Shown here one piece after another: positions 12,601 to 27,827 of a stretch of DNA of 64,000 bases. The stretch comes from Amphiscolops sp. MND2022 (lineage: Eukaryota): contig OZ076411.1 of assembly GCA_964187785.1 (NCBI GenBank), positions 73,346,001-73,410,000 of the forward strand. The letters run 5' to 3'. The position numbers and the translations under genes were made by a program. Position 1 is the stretch's first letter; each line of letters begins with the position of its first letter. The notes below the pieces were generated by a model. The model did no database searches. It was given only the letters and a program-made list of their open reading frames with translations, and was not told where the DNA came from.

Positions 12601-15600
12601 AGGGTAGACAAACTAATGTACCTAATCACAAAAGCGAGCAAATACAATTAATGAAACAGCCTAAGAATTTATTCGAGCGTCCAGGAAAGCAATGTAAAAT
12701 TTGAATTCAAACAAAACGCAAAAGCAACATATTTAAACGGTAGAAGACTACTTATAAAGCTACAAAAAGCTGTTGAAAAAGAAGTTTAAAAAGTTTCAGA
12801 AGGAGTACACGTTCACGAGTTACAGAAGTATCTGATAAATAGTACATACAACCCTTGGTAATGACGGTGAAAAAAGACAAAAGCGTAAAAATAGCTTTTG
12901 TCGCAAGAGCCTTAAACAAAGAATTAATCCATATTTGAACCCTTAGTTGATAGGGTAGCCGAACAACTAGGTAACATAGAGGATGGACCAGTTTTTTACA
13001 GTTCTCTCGATTAACATATCTAATACGTATGTATTTCTGGATAACAACAATGTAAATGTAACAGAAGGTAACCACGAAACTCACTACAATGCAGTGAGAT
13101 AAGGACTCAATAAGTTGAATAGAGCAAATACAAGGTTGAAATGGGAAAAATGCAAAAATCCACAACCCAAAATTGAGTGGCTCGGCTACTAATCAACGCA
13201 AACTGGAATTCAACAAATAAATACCAAAATACAAGCCACAATTGAAACCTGAAACCGAAAAATTTAAAAGACCTTAGGTTTTACATAGGCGCAGTAAGCC
13301 ATTTGAATCGGTTCATCCCCAATCTCGCCAAACAGTGCCACACAATACGACCATTGTTGAAAGAAGACCAACAATGGGAATGGGATGAAACTCATGATAA
13401 ATCCTATCAAGAAATAGATGAACAAGTTCAAAAGATCGCAGAAGTAGTCCCCTTTAAAAAAAGCTGCACAATTCGAATTTAATGTGATGCAAGTAACGCC
13501 GAATTAGGAGCTGTATTAGAACAGCAAGACAAAATCGGATGGATGCCAAGTTCCCTTTGACTCAAGGTTTTTAACACCGTTAGAGAATAAATACTCAAAA
13601 AGTGAACTCGATTTATTGGCAGTAGTTTGGGCGGTGGAACAGTTCAAAAACTACTAGTACCGTATAAAATTTCAAATAGTATCTCATGACAAGCATCTAT
13701 CTACAGTACTAAAGAGAAACAAGAACAAAAAGACATATTTAGGTAGAATGATCCGTTGGGTAGACCGACTGCTCTCTTTTGATTATGATGATTTCCACGC
13801 ACCCTGCAGAACAATTGTGATCGTCGATTGTTTGTCACGACATCCCTCAAAAATAAGGTGTATAAATCAGCCGTACTGTAGAATACCTGGTTCACAATGA
13901 GCTATCTAAAGAATGTATATAGCGTTTTATTGAAAGAATTCAACGGACCAATCAGAGACCGACAATGGAGGAAACTTCAACACGACCATGAAAGAAGTAA
14001 AAGCCCACAGCTACCAATTTTGTGTGAACAAATAGAATTTAGGAAATCTGCCACGATGGGATAAAGCAATTCAACAAACTCCTTAACAGGTACAAAGCAT
14101 TCGAAGAAGTTTGAACCAAATTTGAAATTAGCGAGGTCAATGTTCAGCCGAGCCGCTTGCAAGCGTGAACATTTGACTTTTTCGAGCATAAGATGGAGAC
14201 TGTAAAGTGATTGAGTTTTGTTGCTTGTCGATCTGAAGAACTCTTGTACATCCCCAGCAGTCCATTCACTTCGAGAAGTAATTTAATTCTAGTTGCCAGT
14301 ATTCTTTTGAGCAGTTTACCGGAATGACTGGAGGTTGAGACTGGTCGATATGAAGAGCATTAATCATATCTCACTTTGTTGGGTTTGCGAATGAAGTCGA
14401 CTGGCGAATCCGCCGATGACCACACTTGATCTTTCCAGCAATCAGTAAGCAGGAAAAATAGTGCTTTATAAACTATTTGTATCCGGTTGTTATATGTTGG
14501 GCGGTCAAGTGAATCCGAGTACTTTTTTCCGCTGCAATTGGCACACCTGACAGGTTGATTGCCTTTGCAGCTGTCCAGATTGCCCGTCACTTTCGGAGCG
14601 ATAGTTGCCCGTCACTTTCGAATGGCAAATGGAACGGATATGTCCGCACTTCTGACAATGGTAGCAGCGTATTATTCGTATTCCTTGCAGGATTAATTCT
14701 ACATGTTGATAGGGGAAATGGAAAAAAAACGGTCAGTTGTTGTCTTCTCAAACTGAGCTTTTACGGAAAAGGTCAGTTTGACAGTTTACACTGTTTTTCT
14801 ATCGTTTTTGACAAATCTTTTGACTCTGACGCTTGGGAAAACATACGGTGGGGATGAAGCTGATGCCATTTTCGACAAATCTAACGGAAACCCTCTTATG
14901 ACGGTGCTGTGGTCATTTTTAGCACTCGTTTTTTGATCGAACGAGGAGTCACCCTCAAAAAATTCAGCCTTCCATCCTTTCAAAACCTAGTCAGCCTCCT
15001 CTGATGATGTGAACATAAGATGTACACTACGCGATGCGGTAATAAATGCGTAAACTAACTTCTTGTTTGAAAGTATGGAAGCAAACGCTCTTTTGATTTC
15101 GATACTTTCTCTGAACTTTCGATTTGTCTTGATCTGCAATATTTTGCGAGGATCACGGGTTTGTCTTGTTCCACTCTTGTTGTCAGTCGTACGTATCGTT
15201 TGAGTTACGTTTCATTGGTTTCACTTTATCCCCATAGTACTCGAGAGGTTGGAATGGTGCCGGGTGGTCAAGCATAAATTTGATGGTAAGTAGGTGCTTT
15301 TTCATGGATTCCAAAATTTGTCATCAGTAGTCCTAACTTCAGACTCTTTGTTATTGTTGACTTATCGCCTTTAAGGTTTCCCAGACGTTAAAAGCACGAC
15401 CCTGAAGTTGCTTATCTTCGCATTTGGAGGAAAACCAATGAACAAAGGCAAACATTGAATGTATTGGTGGGTACTTTAGGTCAAAGCGGCCACAAAATCC
15501 ATACCACCACGATACACATCCGTACAACATATTGACCTTTTTCCGTTTCTTGAACAATATTTTTTTCTATGGTGTGAAAATGAAGCATTTATTACGTTGT

Positions 15601-17269
15601 ATCAAATGATAGACCTAACTTTACTGAGAGATCCTCGAGTAAATAATTTTCGAAAAATTGTTCAACCGTTGATGATTTTATCGTTGAAACTAAGCACAGG
15701 GAACGAAAAAAGCTGCGAACAAACTACTTTTCAGTTTTGTAAGCGATGGAGTCACGCGTTCTGTACATTGAACTAGCGCCAACAAAGAATACAATGTAAT
15801 TAGTAAGAGAAATGAGTGTGTGTACCAAATAATATAAAATTGAGAAAGAAAAGCAAGAAAAAACAGTTCTGATGGAGGCCAATTGGCAGAAGACAGACCC
15901 ACAGAACAGTCCCATAGACCAAAGTGTCACGGTTGTCAAAAGATTTCCCGATTCCAGCTAGAAGTGAACAATCATTTTAATCAATAATTTCTCTTTTTAA
16001 ATGATTTATGACATCAAAGGACAGAAACCGATCGAACATTTTGAACGCTTATCAAGTGTAAGCTTAAGTGCTAGTGGTTGAACGTCAATCCCCGTTGAAA
16101 TGTGAATCTGAAGCTTGATGATCAGCAGCTACGGAATTGTGTAGCGCATACATGCCATTGTGGGGAAGAGGTTGACGGGGACGATTCACACGGTCTTTCT
16201 TGCAACAAAAGTGCGGATTGCATCAGCTAATCCTAACTCACTCATGAAGCAGAAGTTGGGACTTCTCGATTTACCTTTAATGCTGGAACCCCGTGGACTG
16301 TACTTGTCAGACAGCAAACGGTACAGATGGTGTTACCATGATTCCGTGGTGAACGGATGAGCAGTTGGTTTGGGATGTCACAATTGTCGATGCCATTGCA
16401 TCCAGCCGCTTGAATCAAGGCTCCCTGGGCTACCCTGGAACTATCGCCACCAATGCAGAATCACGGAAGCTCGAGAGCTAGCATGGACTGAGGATTGATC
16501 ATCCGCTGGAAACAGGTCTATTGAAGTAGCTCTAATTTAAGGTGGTAACACAGAGATCTAACACAAATGATCCAAATATTCAGATCTAAATTTTTGTTTT
16601 GATACTGAACAGATCTAATCTGAGCTAAAGAAGCGTGTCAGAGTTAGGCTAAAAACTTATTATAACGTAGTCTGTTTTGTTTACTCATCTCTAGTACCCT
16701 AAATACAGAAGCGAAGCCAAGCAGAGCGACGCGTCATACGACCAAGCCTCAATGTCACAACTTGGCGAATGGACCAGAGCGACCGAGCCGTACAACAAAT
16801 ATGATAATTGTTTCACACAAATCAAGTTACATAATTATTGGCTGTAGCAGCACTAAAAGCTGGTAAAAAAACACAAATTAGACCATGAAGACATTAGACC
16901 TCAACATTCTAGATCAATGTAGATCTAAAAGTTAGATAAAAAACAACTTCCTTCAAACCTAATAAATTATATCAAAGGGTTGTGATCTCAATGGCTCTAC
17001 AAATCGGCAATGCTGCAAGTGTTGAGCACCAGTGAGAAACAGTTATGCCTTCGGAGAATTGTATTTGAGTTTTTACTTTTTGTTGGATAGCAGAGTTCAT
17101 CTAAAGACTGAATCTACATAGTGTACTTTTGATCTGTGGACTTGTTCAGTTTGTTTGTTGTTTCTGACATGCGTATTGTACTTTTGTGTTTATTTTGTTT
17201 ATCTTGAATTTTGTTTCAAGTTTTTGCTTATCTGACTAGTACCTGTATTCTTCAATATAGTTGGGGATG

Positions 17270-20200
17270 GGGTTAGATCCAAGGTTGTATTTCCCTCCTC
17301 TAGGGATAGATGCTTCGTCAGTTTTACTCATTTCCCGATTTTCTGGGCACTGTAATATCTACACCTTTTTTCGAAGCAGTTTCAGCATCCCCCAAGTTAC
17401 GGCAGTCCGTGACATCATTTGAAAACTCTGCAGAGTTAGGCGTCTCGCCTTGTGATGACGGCGTGTGTAGCGGCTAGTGGCGGTCTCGGCTTTTTTTCAT
17501 TCTCTTCATTGCTGTCGCGTTCATTCTTATCGGTAACGTCACTGTCGGCTAGACTGCTTGGTCATTACTCGCTACTCGCGTGGCCGTATCCGGCATATTT
17601 TTTTGTCTCAGCTCAAACAGCTCGTAATCGAAGTCGACTTCCCATGAGATAGTGTACAATTTGCCTTGCAGGATTATTATCTCTTGGTCTCGCTGTAATG
17701 TCTCCTTACGATATTTCCTCTAAAGGTGTCTTTGGGGGACAAATGTTTTGAGCCTTATGCGATGTAAAATTTGCGTTTTATTGGAGATTATGCGACAAAC
17801 TACACAGCTATCATTGAGCAAATCTTTTTCGATAACATAAGGACCGATCCTTTTGTGGACCCTAGGATATCTGCTTTTCCTGTAAAAACAAAGCAAATTT
17901 CTTTCAGCATATTATTGTTGGGCTTCCTGTCGTATTATTCTTTGTACTTCAGGTAGGGTTGCATTATACTTTTTTTGGTCTTGTGGATAAGTACTCGTGT
18001 CCTTTGCTGTAAGTCCTTCGCAAATTCGGTCGTTCGTAGAAAACTTTTGTTAGGGTTAATCCCGAGTTTATGATCTACGACATTGTAGGGAATGCGTTCA
18101 TGGAAGACCTTGCTTATCTCACATCCAATACTAGAGTGGTATGTAGTTTTGTAATTAAGCACTGGTCATGGCACTTATTTGTGCTTGTGACGTCGGTGTT
18201 TGCACGGAGCCATATTCAAGCTCGACGTGAGAGATGCGTGCGTCCTTTCAAGCTTTTCAATGCTTTGTGGGTGATTGGTGGTAACACATTTGACTGTTAT
18301 TCTCAAATTTCAAGTTTTTTCCGCTATCATTGTCGACGTAAATGCCGACCCTTCGTCGGTGCTAAGTGTTGTTAGCAAATATGAGTGTGTTGTCATTTTG
18401 TCGATTGTCACGTCGGCTGCATTTGAGAAACTGTGTCCTCAATTAGCGGGTAGGCAAACAAGTATCTCGAAAACACGTCAATTACCGTCATCACTATCAC
18501 TGGGTGGTATCCGCCGCTGGTCGGTAGATTTGCACGGTGTCTTCTGGGCCTAAAACCCCCTCCGACAATTTCTACCCTTTTTTTTGACGTGTTTTCAATT
18601 CTTGGGTAGTAGTACAAATTTTCTGTAGAGTTTTGGATATGCCGGACTTTTGTTGGCCGTCCGATGTAGGACCTGGAAAAGTTTTTCAACAGGTGTTTTG
18701 GTAGTAAAACTTGATGATATTTGATTTGTCCTGTTTCGTCGTAAAACTGCTTCGTCAATAGGTCGTCCTTGAGGACTAAATGGTCAAAGTTGTTAAATGA
18801 TTGCTTGTACCGAAATTCTTGCTGCAGAATTTTTGTTCTGAGTTTTTGCTTTCAATTGTAGCAAGATTGGGCCTTTAGATTATTCCAAGAGTATTTGGTT
18901 TGTTTGGCGTACTCCCTGAGTGAAATTAGTAATTTCATTAACGATAATATCCGATATGGCGTCAAATGGAAATACAGTTTCATCGACCGCCGAGCAGTTC
19001 TTGGACATTTTTTTTGTTCTCACACTTGATGTTCTGTTTCAGTGTCGCCCTCCGTGAAAATCACTTGCTCCTCTTAAGAAACAGACTGATTGGACACTTA
19101 TCTCAATAGGCCTGGTCTCGACATCTTCACAAGATTTCGATACCAGTTTTTCTTTTGGGTCCTTTTCATACGTGACATGTAGTCAGCTGCGGCATTGTTC
19201 TTGCCTGGAATGTAGGCTTTGATGAAGTTATATTGGACCGTAATTGGATGCGTTCCAGACCGGCAGTCGTACTGTTTTAGTCTGGAGGAACGTCGTTACC
19301 AATTTGTTATCTGTGAGGATAAAGATCGGTTCAAATGTACCCCAAAATATATGTCCAAACTGTTTGAAGGCGTAGTTTACGGCAAAGAATTCCTTTGCAT
19401 ATTTTGACATTTTGACCTGAGATGGAGTAAATGCCTTCGATCCATAAACAATAGTCGCATAGTACTTCTTGACAAAAGTGTTTTTCTGATTTGGGTAGTC
19501 TTCGGTCAAGATAGCATAATCTGTTGCCGTGAAACTCGCATCAGTCATTAGGGCTGGTTGGCAGAGGTTGCATCAAGGCCAAAATACTGCACTTGAAAAG
19601 GTTTTTGTTGATTTCATGGAATTGTTGTATCAACTCCGTAGTCACCAGGACTTTTGTTCCTTTTTGAGAGGTTGAAAAAATGGCGCTTATAATCTTGGAG
19701 TATAATTCCTGTAGTATTAATGGAACCCGAGATATCTTTATGATGCCTTTTTAGATTCGGCAATTTTGTCGTTTCCAAGAAGGTTGTTTCTTTCCTTCTG
19801 AGGCTTCCGTCCCTTTGGGTTATTGTTTTTCCCAGGATGTCAATATCGGTTGCGCCAGGGTATCATATATGCATTGTCAGTTCCTATCCGCATTCAAAAA
19901 CTTCTCCCAGGTTTTTCATGAGGTAGTCGGCGTCGTTGGCTGCTATGCCGATGTCGTCCAAGTATTGGGCAAAAAAGACCGCTTTTGAATATCTGTCTAG
20001 AATTTCTGCATGAACCTTGAACAGAATGACCGAGCCCGGATAAGGCCTTACGCCAATCTCCTGTATGCAAACGTCCTACTAACGACACTGAAAGCAATCA
20101 TTTCAATCGACCGTTGGTCCCCCATTTAGAGGCAGTGGTAAGATTGTGAACAGTCAAGTTTGCAAAGGAGTTTCTTTCCGGCCATTTGTTGCACAGCGCC

Positions 20201-22200
20201 TGTGGGGGTACTCACCGGGTGATTATTGTTTATGCAATCATCTGAGATAACGTTATTTATTTTAGGTCAACTAGCAGTCTCAGTTTCCAATTCGGTTTTT
20301 TCTGCGCAATGTTTGGACTTGCATATTTTGAAAATACCAGTGTGGTGATTAATCCATTTTGGTGGAGGAACGCCAAATGGACTAGTATGCCCTCCTTTAG
20401 ATTGACTGGAGTTGGAAGATTCTGGCTATAAGCAGGTGAATCGTCCTTGGGGTCAGTTGGACTGGGATTTCTTCATTCATTCCAATGTCAAACATCTGTC
20501 CTGCAAAAATGTAATGAATTTCGACGTGGAGTCCTTTCAGTCAAAGTTATATAGCAATATGCGACGTGATTCTTCGTCGACCTGCTCATCCAGTTTTTTT
20601 CGGCTTCTTGCAAGTACAGTAGACCTTGTGGGATTCGCTTTGGTTTTCGCCCTTGTCGGACTATTCTTCCTCTGGGTTTTCAGGTGTCGGAAAGCAATTT
20701 TGTTCGTGTTAGTCGTTGTTTAGGTTTGGTTTACAGAAGCTGCTGATATAGTAGGCCGCGTTGTCTTCGTTTTCGTTCAGTAGATGCCAATTGGACACTG
20801 GGTCCAGGGATTTGGCATGCTTCATCTGTTCCGGTGTCATGACTCAAAAATTAGTTCTATGGAGGCCCTTTTAGTGTTTTTATGGTTGATCAGTGAAGTT
20901 AATAATATGAACCTTCGCTGTCCTTTCTGACAGTCAGAAGATTGCGGCCAAAACGTTACATCACTTTCCTCATGCAGAAGGTCACTGGGCTGTAGGATTC
21001 TTGTGACTACATATTCGCAGTAACTCTGGGACTGAATGATAACGACTGTGGGTTAGTTCGGTGAAATCTTTACGTCTTCCGGTTCAAAACGTCAACTTCG
21101 AATTTCAATTTGACGGTGCTTTGGCGTTTCTAGTTGACCATTTGCAACCATAATGTGTAAAGATGATGCAGGACCATCCTTGGGTTTTGTTTGTGGGGCT
21201 AAGAGGCGAATTTTACTGAGATCAGCCTGGGGATTGCGCTAGATAAGGCCCCAGTGTCTATCAGTATTCTCTAAAGTTCATTGGGAAACATAGCTTCCGC
21301 CGTTTGTTTTTAAGTCCGAAGTTCGTTGAGAGGGATATATATGCTGGTTCCCCTTAAATAGCGAACAATTCATGTAGGAAGGCCTACTCGTCGAGTAAGC
21401 TGACTGTAATTTGAAGCTCTTCCTCCTCATGTTGGTAAGCCTCTATTTCACTTGTAGTATTGGTTTTAGCATTTGGCTGCCAAAATTCAAGGGCCCGAGA
21501 TAATATGTTGTCCGCTATCTTCTGATCGTCCTCGTTGCCAGTTGGAGGAAGTCTTTGCATTCAAAATGCAATTTCTGCTGTTAACTATGAGGAATCGTCC
21601 CAGTACAGAAACAGATCAGTAGCATAGTATGGGTCGTAATAATTAGAACTGTAGTCTTCGATCGTTTGTAGCTGAAAAATTAAGCCTCGATACCTGCAGT
21701 GTAGTCTATTGGTAAGGATTTCGGCGAATATTGTGAAGAATTTTAAAACTTTCGATTTTGGCTTTGTCCATCTGTTGCTGAAAACTAGAGAGGGTGTCCC
21801 AACTGTTCCTTTGATGAATTGACTAGTTCAATGATTGGAGGGTAAGAGATGACGTATTGTCGTACCGACATGTAGTCATGTATTTGGAGTCGTGGCAAAT
21901 TTGGTTTTTTGACACAGGATTCTTGGATGTCGATTGGTCTGATGTAGACACATTATGGTCATGCACCTTTTTGGAATTTCCCTAGTCTCCAGAAGCATAA
22001 GTTGCTCTGTCGTCAGATCCAGTCCTTTTTGGACGTAGATGCACCCCAGCAATTTTTCAGGATGTCTCTGTGGGATGATTAGCTTCACCGCAACGTGGGC
22101 TTTCGGTTTATTTAGGATGCTGGAACTTTTTGCCTTTTTTGTCATCTTTTTCCCGCTTCTTTTTTTCACTTTTAGACATTTTTTCTAAAAACGGTCATTC
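17270..22200 (-). mobile_element. Degenerate Gypsy element (gag, protease, RT, RNase H, integrase), approximate bounds
   Basis: Protease region IMVANGQLETPK (~21160-21125); RT FAYRRLA...AQYLDDIGIAAN (~20075-19940); RNase H LMTDASFTATDYAIL (ORF 19228-19548); integrase VMTVIDVFSRYLFAYPL (ORF 18408-18758). Confidence 0.92.
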
Positions 22201-25200
22201 ACCTTGCAGTAGGTACATTGAGCGTTTTTGTTTGTGCCAGTGTCATTTGACAATATATTTTTGTTGTTGCTGGATGTTGATGTTATCGTGGCTATTGGGA
22301 AATTGACTCCTCTAGTGCGTTGAAATTTAGTTCTCTTTCGAGATGTTCCACAAAACTCTCGCTTCCACTCGCTTCACGCTAATACAAATGGTCGGTTTAG
22401 GTTGCGACGAGATTGTATAAGTACTTGCATTCTTTTCATCATAAAATAAAAATGAGGCCTTGAACGTGGTTGAAGTAAAAGACAGATGACATACTGGTTA
22501 AAACAATTTTGTGAGTGGTGTCAAAATGAGGAGGGTTTCTTTCTTTAACAAAAAGAGAAATCTGATTAATAAGGCTATTTGTTAGGCAATTTGCTTCAGA
22601 TTAAGAATAGCAACGAGTTTGTGCAAACTTTGGAGAAGGCCACAACTGCCAACCATCTTAAATGTGCGTTTCCATGCGACACTTGGCCTTTAATTGGAAG
22701 CACAGTAAATTGACGCAACGTATTGTTAAATAAACGCCTTTTGATTGGCAACTGCAATTTTGGATGACTTGTCCGCTACGCCAGGCGAGAAGGCATTTAA
22801 CACGTTTCCTTCTCGCTTGTAGGTTTGGTGTCCAATAATAGCGCTGTATAATGGTGCTGGTGGCAACTCAAACAATTAACTAGATGTAGAGTTGTATGAA
22901 AAACAACTAAACGTCTAGTTTTGATGGAGAAGAAGTTTACAGATGTCTTTATGGTGTTCCTGTCAGTTAGTCCAGGGGGATGGTCCCCAGAAAGGCCCTG
23001 TGGTAGTTGTAGATTTAAATGTTGGTTAAAGAAAAAATCTCCGAAATAGTTCTAAGAGTTTTTCAGAAGGGCCGAAACAAGAGTTGCTTGTTATAACAGA
23101 ACAACCAGGCAAGGCTGATATGGATCGCTGAGAAGCTGCTTGCAGTTCATGCACGTTTTAGCAGCTCAGTGTGGTAGTCAAGGCGAATTTCTCGGTTCAT
23201 TCCTGCTACTCCAGCCGTAACGGTGCAGAGACCAATGACACTGCCTCCTTCTTCTATCGATTTGAAGGTGTTTTGACCATTCAAGACATTCACGTTTTCC
23301 TCTGTTACAAGGTCTCCAAACTTTTCGCCATAAAGTTCATTAGATGGTCTCCCCAGTGGGAATCAACCATAGTGACATTAGTAATTTCATTAACGATAAT
23401 ATCCGATATGGCGTCAAATGGAAATACAGTTTCATCGACCACCGAGCAGTTCTTGGACATTTTTTTCGTTCTCACACTTGATGTTCTGTTTCAGTGTCGC
23501 CCTCCGTGAAAATCACTTGCTCCTCTTAAGAAACAGACTGATTGGACACTTATCTCAATAGGCCTGGTCTCGACATCTTCACAAGATTTCGATACCAGTT
23601 TTTCTTTTGGGTCCTTTTCATACGTGACATGTAGTCAGCTGCGGCATTGTTCTTGCCTGGAATGTAGGCTTTGATGAAGTTATATTGGACCGTAATTGGA
23701 TGCGTTCCAGACCGGCAGTCGTACTGTTTTAGTCTGGAGGAACGTCGTTACCAATTTGTTATCTGTGAGGATAAAGATCGGTTCAAATGTACCCCAAAAT
23801 ATATGTCCAAACTGTTTGAAGGCGTAGTTTACGGCAAAGAATTCCTTTGCATATTTTGACATTTTGACCTGAGATGGAGTAAATGCCTTCGATCCATAAA
23901 CAATAGTCGCATAGTACTTCTTGACAAAAGTGTTTTTCTGATTTGGGTAGTCTTCGGTCAAGATAGCATAATCTGTTGCCGTGAAACTCGCATCAGTCAT
24001 TAGGGCTGGTTGGCAGAGGTTGCATCAAGGCCAAAATACTGCACTTGAAAAGGTTTTTGTTGATTTCATGGAATTGTTGTATCAACTCCGTAGTCACCAG
24101 GACTTTTGTTCCTTTTTGAGAGGTTGAAAAAATGGCGCTTATAATCTTGGAGTATAATTCCTGTAGTATTAATGGAACCCGAGATATCTTTATGATGCCT
24201 TTTTAGATTCGGCAATTTTGTCCTTTCCAAGAAGGTTGTTTCTTTCCTTCTGAGGCTTCCGTCCCTTTGGGTTATTGTTTTTCCCAGGATGTCAATATCG
24301 GTTGCGCCAGGGTATCATATATGCATTGTCAGTTCCTATCCGCATTCAAAAACTTCTCCCAGGTTTTTCATGAGGTAGTCGGCGTCGTTGGCTGCTATGC
24401 CGATGTCGTCCAAGTATTGGGCAAAAAAGACCGCTTTTGAATATCTGTCTAGAATTTCTTGCATGAACCTTGAACAGAATGACCGAGCCCGGATAAGGCC
24501 TTACGCCAATCTCCTGTATGCAAACGTCCTACTAACGACACTGAAAGCAATCATTTCAATCGACCGTTGGTCCCCCATTTAGAGGCAGTGGTAAGATTAT
24601 GAACAGTCAAGTTTGCAAAGGAGTTTCTTTCCGGCCATTTGTTGCACAGCGCCTGTGGGGGTACTCACCGGGTGATTATTGTTTATGCAATCATCTGAGA
24701 TAACGTTATTTATTTTAGGTCAACTAGCAGTCTCAGTTTCCAATTCGGTTTTTTCTGCGCAATGTTTGGACTTGCATATTTTGAAAATACCAGTGTGGTG
24801 ATTAATCCATTTTGGTGGAGGAACGCCAAATGGACTAGTATGCCCTCCTTTAGATTGACTGGAGTTGGAAGATTCTGGCTATAAGCAGGTGAATCGTCCT
24901 TGGGGTCAGTTGGACTGGGATTTCTTCATTCATTCCAATGTCAAACATCTGTCCTGCAAAAATGTAATGAATTTCGACGTGGAGTCCTTTCAGTCAAAGT
25001 TATATAGCAATATGCGACGTGATTCTTCGTCGACCTGCTCATCCAGTTTTTTTCGGCTTCTTGCAAGTACAGTAGACCTTGTGGGATTCGCTTTGGTTTT
25101 CGCCCTTGTCGGACTATTCTTCCTCTGGGTTTTCAGGTGTCGGAAAGCAATTTTGTTCGTGTTAGTCGTTGTTTAGGTTTGGTTTACAGAAGCTGCTGAT

Positions 25201-27827
25201 ATAGTAGGCCGCGTTGTCTTCGTTTTCGTTCAGTAGATGCCAATTGGACACTGGGTCCAGGGATTTGGCATGCTTCATCTGTTCCGGTGTCATGACTCAA
25301 AAATTAGTTCTATGGAGGCCCTTTTAGTGTTTTTATGGTTGATCAGTGAAGTTAATAATATGAACCTTCGCTGTCCTTTCTGACAGTCAGAAGATTGCGG
25401 CCAAAACGTTACATCACTTTCCTCATGCAGAAGGTCACTGGGCTGTAGGATTCTTGTGACTACATATTCGCAGTAACTCTGGGACTGAATGATAACGACT
25501 GTGGGTTAGTTCGGTGAAATCTTTACGTCTTCCGGTTCAAAACGTCAACTTCGAATTTCAATTTGACGGTGCTTTGGCGTTTCTAGTTGACCATTTGCAA
25601 CCATAATGTGTAAAGATGATGCAGGACCATCCTTGGGTTTTGTTTGTGGGGCTAAGAGGCGAATTTTACTGAGATCAGCCTGGGGATTGCGCTAGATAAG
25701 GCCCCAGTGTCTATCAGTATTCTCTAAAGTTCATTGGGAAACATAGCTTCCGCCGTTTGTTTTTAAGTCCGAAGTTCGTTGAGAGGGATATATATGCTGG
25801 TTCCCCTTAAATAGCGAACAATTCATGTAGGAAGGCCTACTCGTCGAGTAAGCTGACTGTAATTTGAAGCTCTTCCTCCTCATGTTGGTAAGCCTCTATT
25901 TCACTTGTAGTATTGGTTTTAGCATTTGGCTGCCAAAATTCAAGGGCCCGAGATAATATGTTGTCCGCTATCTTCTGATCGTCCTCGTTGCCAGTTGGAG
26001 GAAGTCTTTGCATTCAAAATGCAATTTCTGCTGTTAACTATGAGGAATCGTCCCAGTACAGAAACAGATCAGTAGCATAGTATGGGTCGTAATAATTAGA
26101 ACTGTAGTCTTCGATCGTTTGTAGCTGAAAAATTAAGCCTCGATACCTGCAGTGTAGTCTATTGGTAAGGATTTCGGCGAATATTGTGAAGAATTTTAAA
26201 ACTTTCGATTTTGGCTTTGTCCATCTGTTGCTGAAAACTAGAGAGGGTGTCCCAACTGTTCCTTTGATGAATTGACTAGTTCAATGATTGGAGGGTAAGA
26301 GATGACGTATTGTCGTACCGACATGTAGTCATGTATTTGGAGTCGTGGCAAATTTGGTTTTTTGACACAGGATTCTTGGATGTCGATTGGTCTGATGTAG
26401 ACACATTATGGTCATGCACCTTTTTGGAATTTCCCTAGTCTCCAGAAGCATAAGTTGCTCTGTCGTCAGATCCAGTCCTTTTTGGACGTAGATGCACCCC
26501 AGCAATTTTTCAGGATGTCTCTGTGGGATGATTAGCTTCACCGCAACGTGGGCTTTCGGTTTATTTAGGATGCTGGAACTTTTTGCCTTTTTTGTCATCT
26601 TTTTCCCGCTTCTTTTTTTCACTTTTAGACATTTTTTCTAAAAACGGTCATTCACCTTGCAGTAGGTACATTGAGCGTTTTTGTTTGTGCCAGTGTCATT
26701 TGACAATATATTTTTGTTGTTGCTGGATGTTGATGTTATCGTGGCTATTGGGAAATTGACTCCTCTAGTGCGTTGAAATTTAGTTCTCTTTCGAGATGTT
26801 CCACAAAACTCTCGCTTCCACTCGCTTCACGCTAATACAAATGGTCGGTTTAGGTTGCGACGAGATTGTATAAGCACTTGCATTCTTTTCATCATAAAAT
26901 AAAAATGAGGCCTTGAACGTGGTTGAAGTAAAAGACAGATGACATACTGGTTAAAACAATTTTGTGAGTGGTGTCAAAATGAGGAGGGTTTCTTTCTTTA
27001 ACAAAAAGAGAAATCTGATTAATAAGGCTATTTGTTAGGCAATTTGCTTCAGATTAAGAATAGCAACGAGTTTGTGCAAACTTTGGAGAAGGCCACAACT
27101 GCCAACCATCTTAAATGTGCGTTTCCATGCGACACTTGGCCTTTAATTGGAAGCACAGTAAATTGACGCAACGTATTGTTAAATAAACGCCTTTTGATTG
27201 GCAACTGCAATTTTGGATGACTTGTCCGCTACGCCAGGCGAGAAGGCATTTAACACGTTTCCTTCTCGCTTGTAGGTTTGGTGTCCAATAATAGCGCTGT
27301 ATAATGGTGCTGGTGGCAACTCAAACAATTAACTAGATGTAGAGTTGTATGAAAAACAACTAAACGTCTAGTTTTGATGGAGAAGAAGTTTACAGATGTC
27401 TTTATGGTGTTCCTGTCAGTTAGTCCAGGGGGATGGTCCCCAGAAAGGCCCTGTGGTAGTTGTAGATTTAAATGTTGGTTAAAGAAAAAATCTCCGAAAT
27501 AGTTCTAAGAGTTTTTCAGAAGGGCCGAAACAAGAGTTGCTTGTTATAACAGAACAACCAGGCAAGGCTGATATGGATCGCTGAGAAGCTGCTTGCAGTT
27601 CATGCACGTTTTAGCAGCTCAGTGTGGTAGTCAAGGCGAATTTCTCGGTTCATTCCTGCTACTCCAGCCGTAACGGTGCAGAGACCAATGACACTGCCTC
27701 CTTCTTCTATCGATTTGAAGGTGTTTTGACCATTCAAGACATTCACGTTTTCCTCTGTTACAAGGTCTCCAAACTTTTCGCCATAAAGTTCATTAGATGG
27801 TCTCCCCAGTGGGAATCAACCATAGTG
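18925..27827. repeat. Tandem duplication, period 4452-4453 bp (18925-23376 and 23377-27827)
   Basis: ORF pairs 19219/23671, 20412/24865, 21876/26329, 23171/27624. Fewer than ~10 differences seen. Confidence 0.97.
23377..26650 (-). mobile_element. Partial second copy of the minus-strand Gypsy element (from the 4.45-kb duplication)
   Basis: Same RNase H ORF (23680-24000) and gag-region ORF (26329-26622). Confidence 0.9.

Larger units (their letters stand above)
1..17641. repeat. Tandem segmental duplication, period ~9378 bp (1-8265 matches 9379-17641; the unit probably starts left of the window)
   Basis: Position 1 (caccgaggtatagtg) recurs at 9379. ORF pairs are offset by 9376-9378 (71/9449, 2224/11602, 6783/16160). 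Identity ends after gaagtcgacttc (8265/17641). Roughly two dozen differences by eye. Confidence 0.97.
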
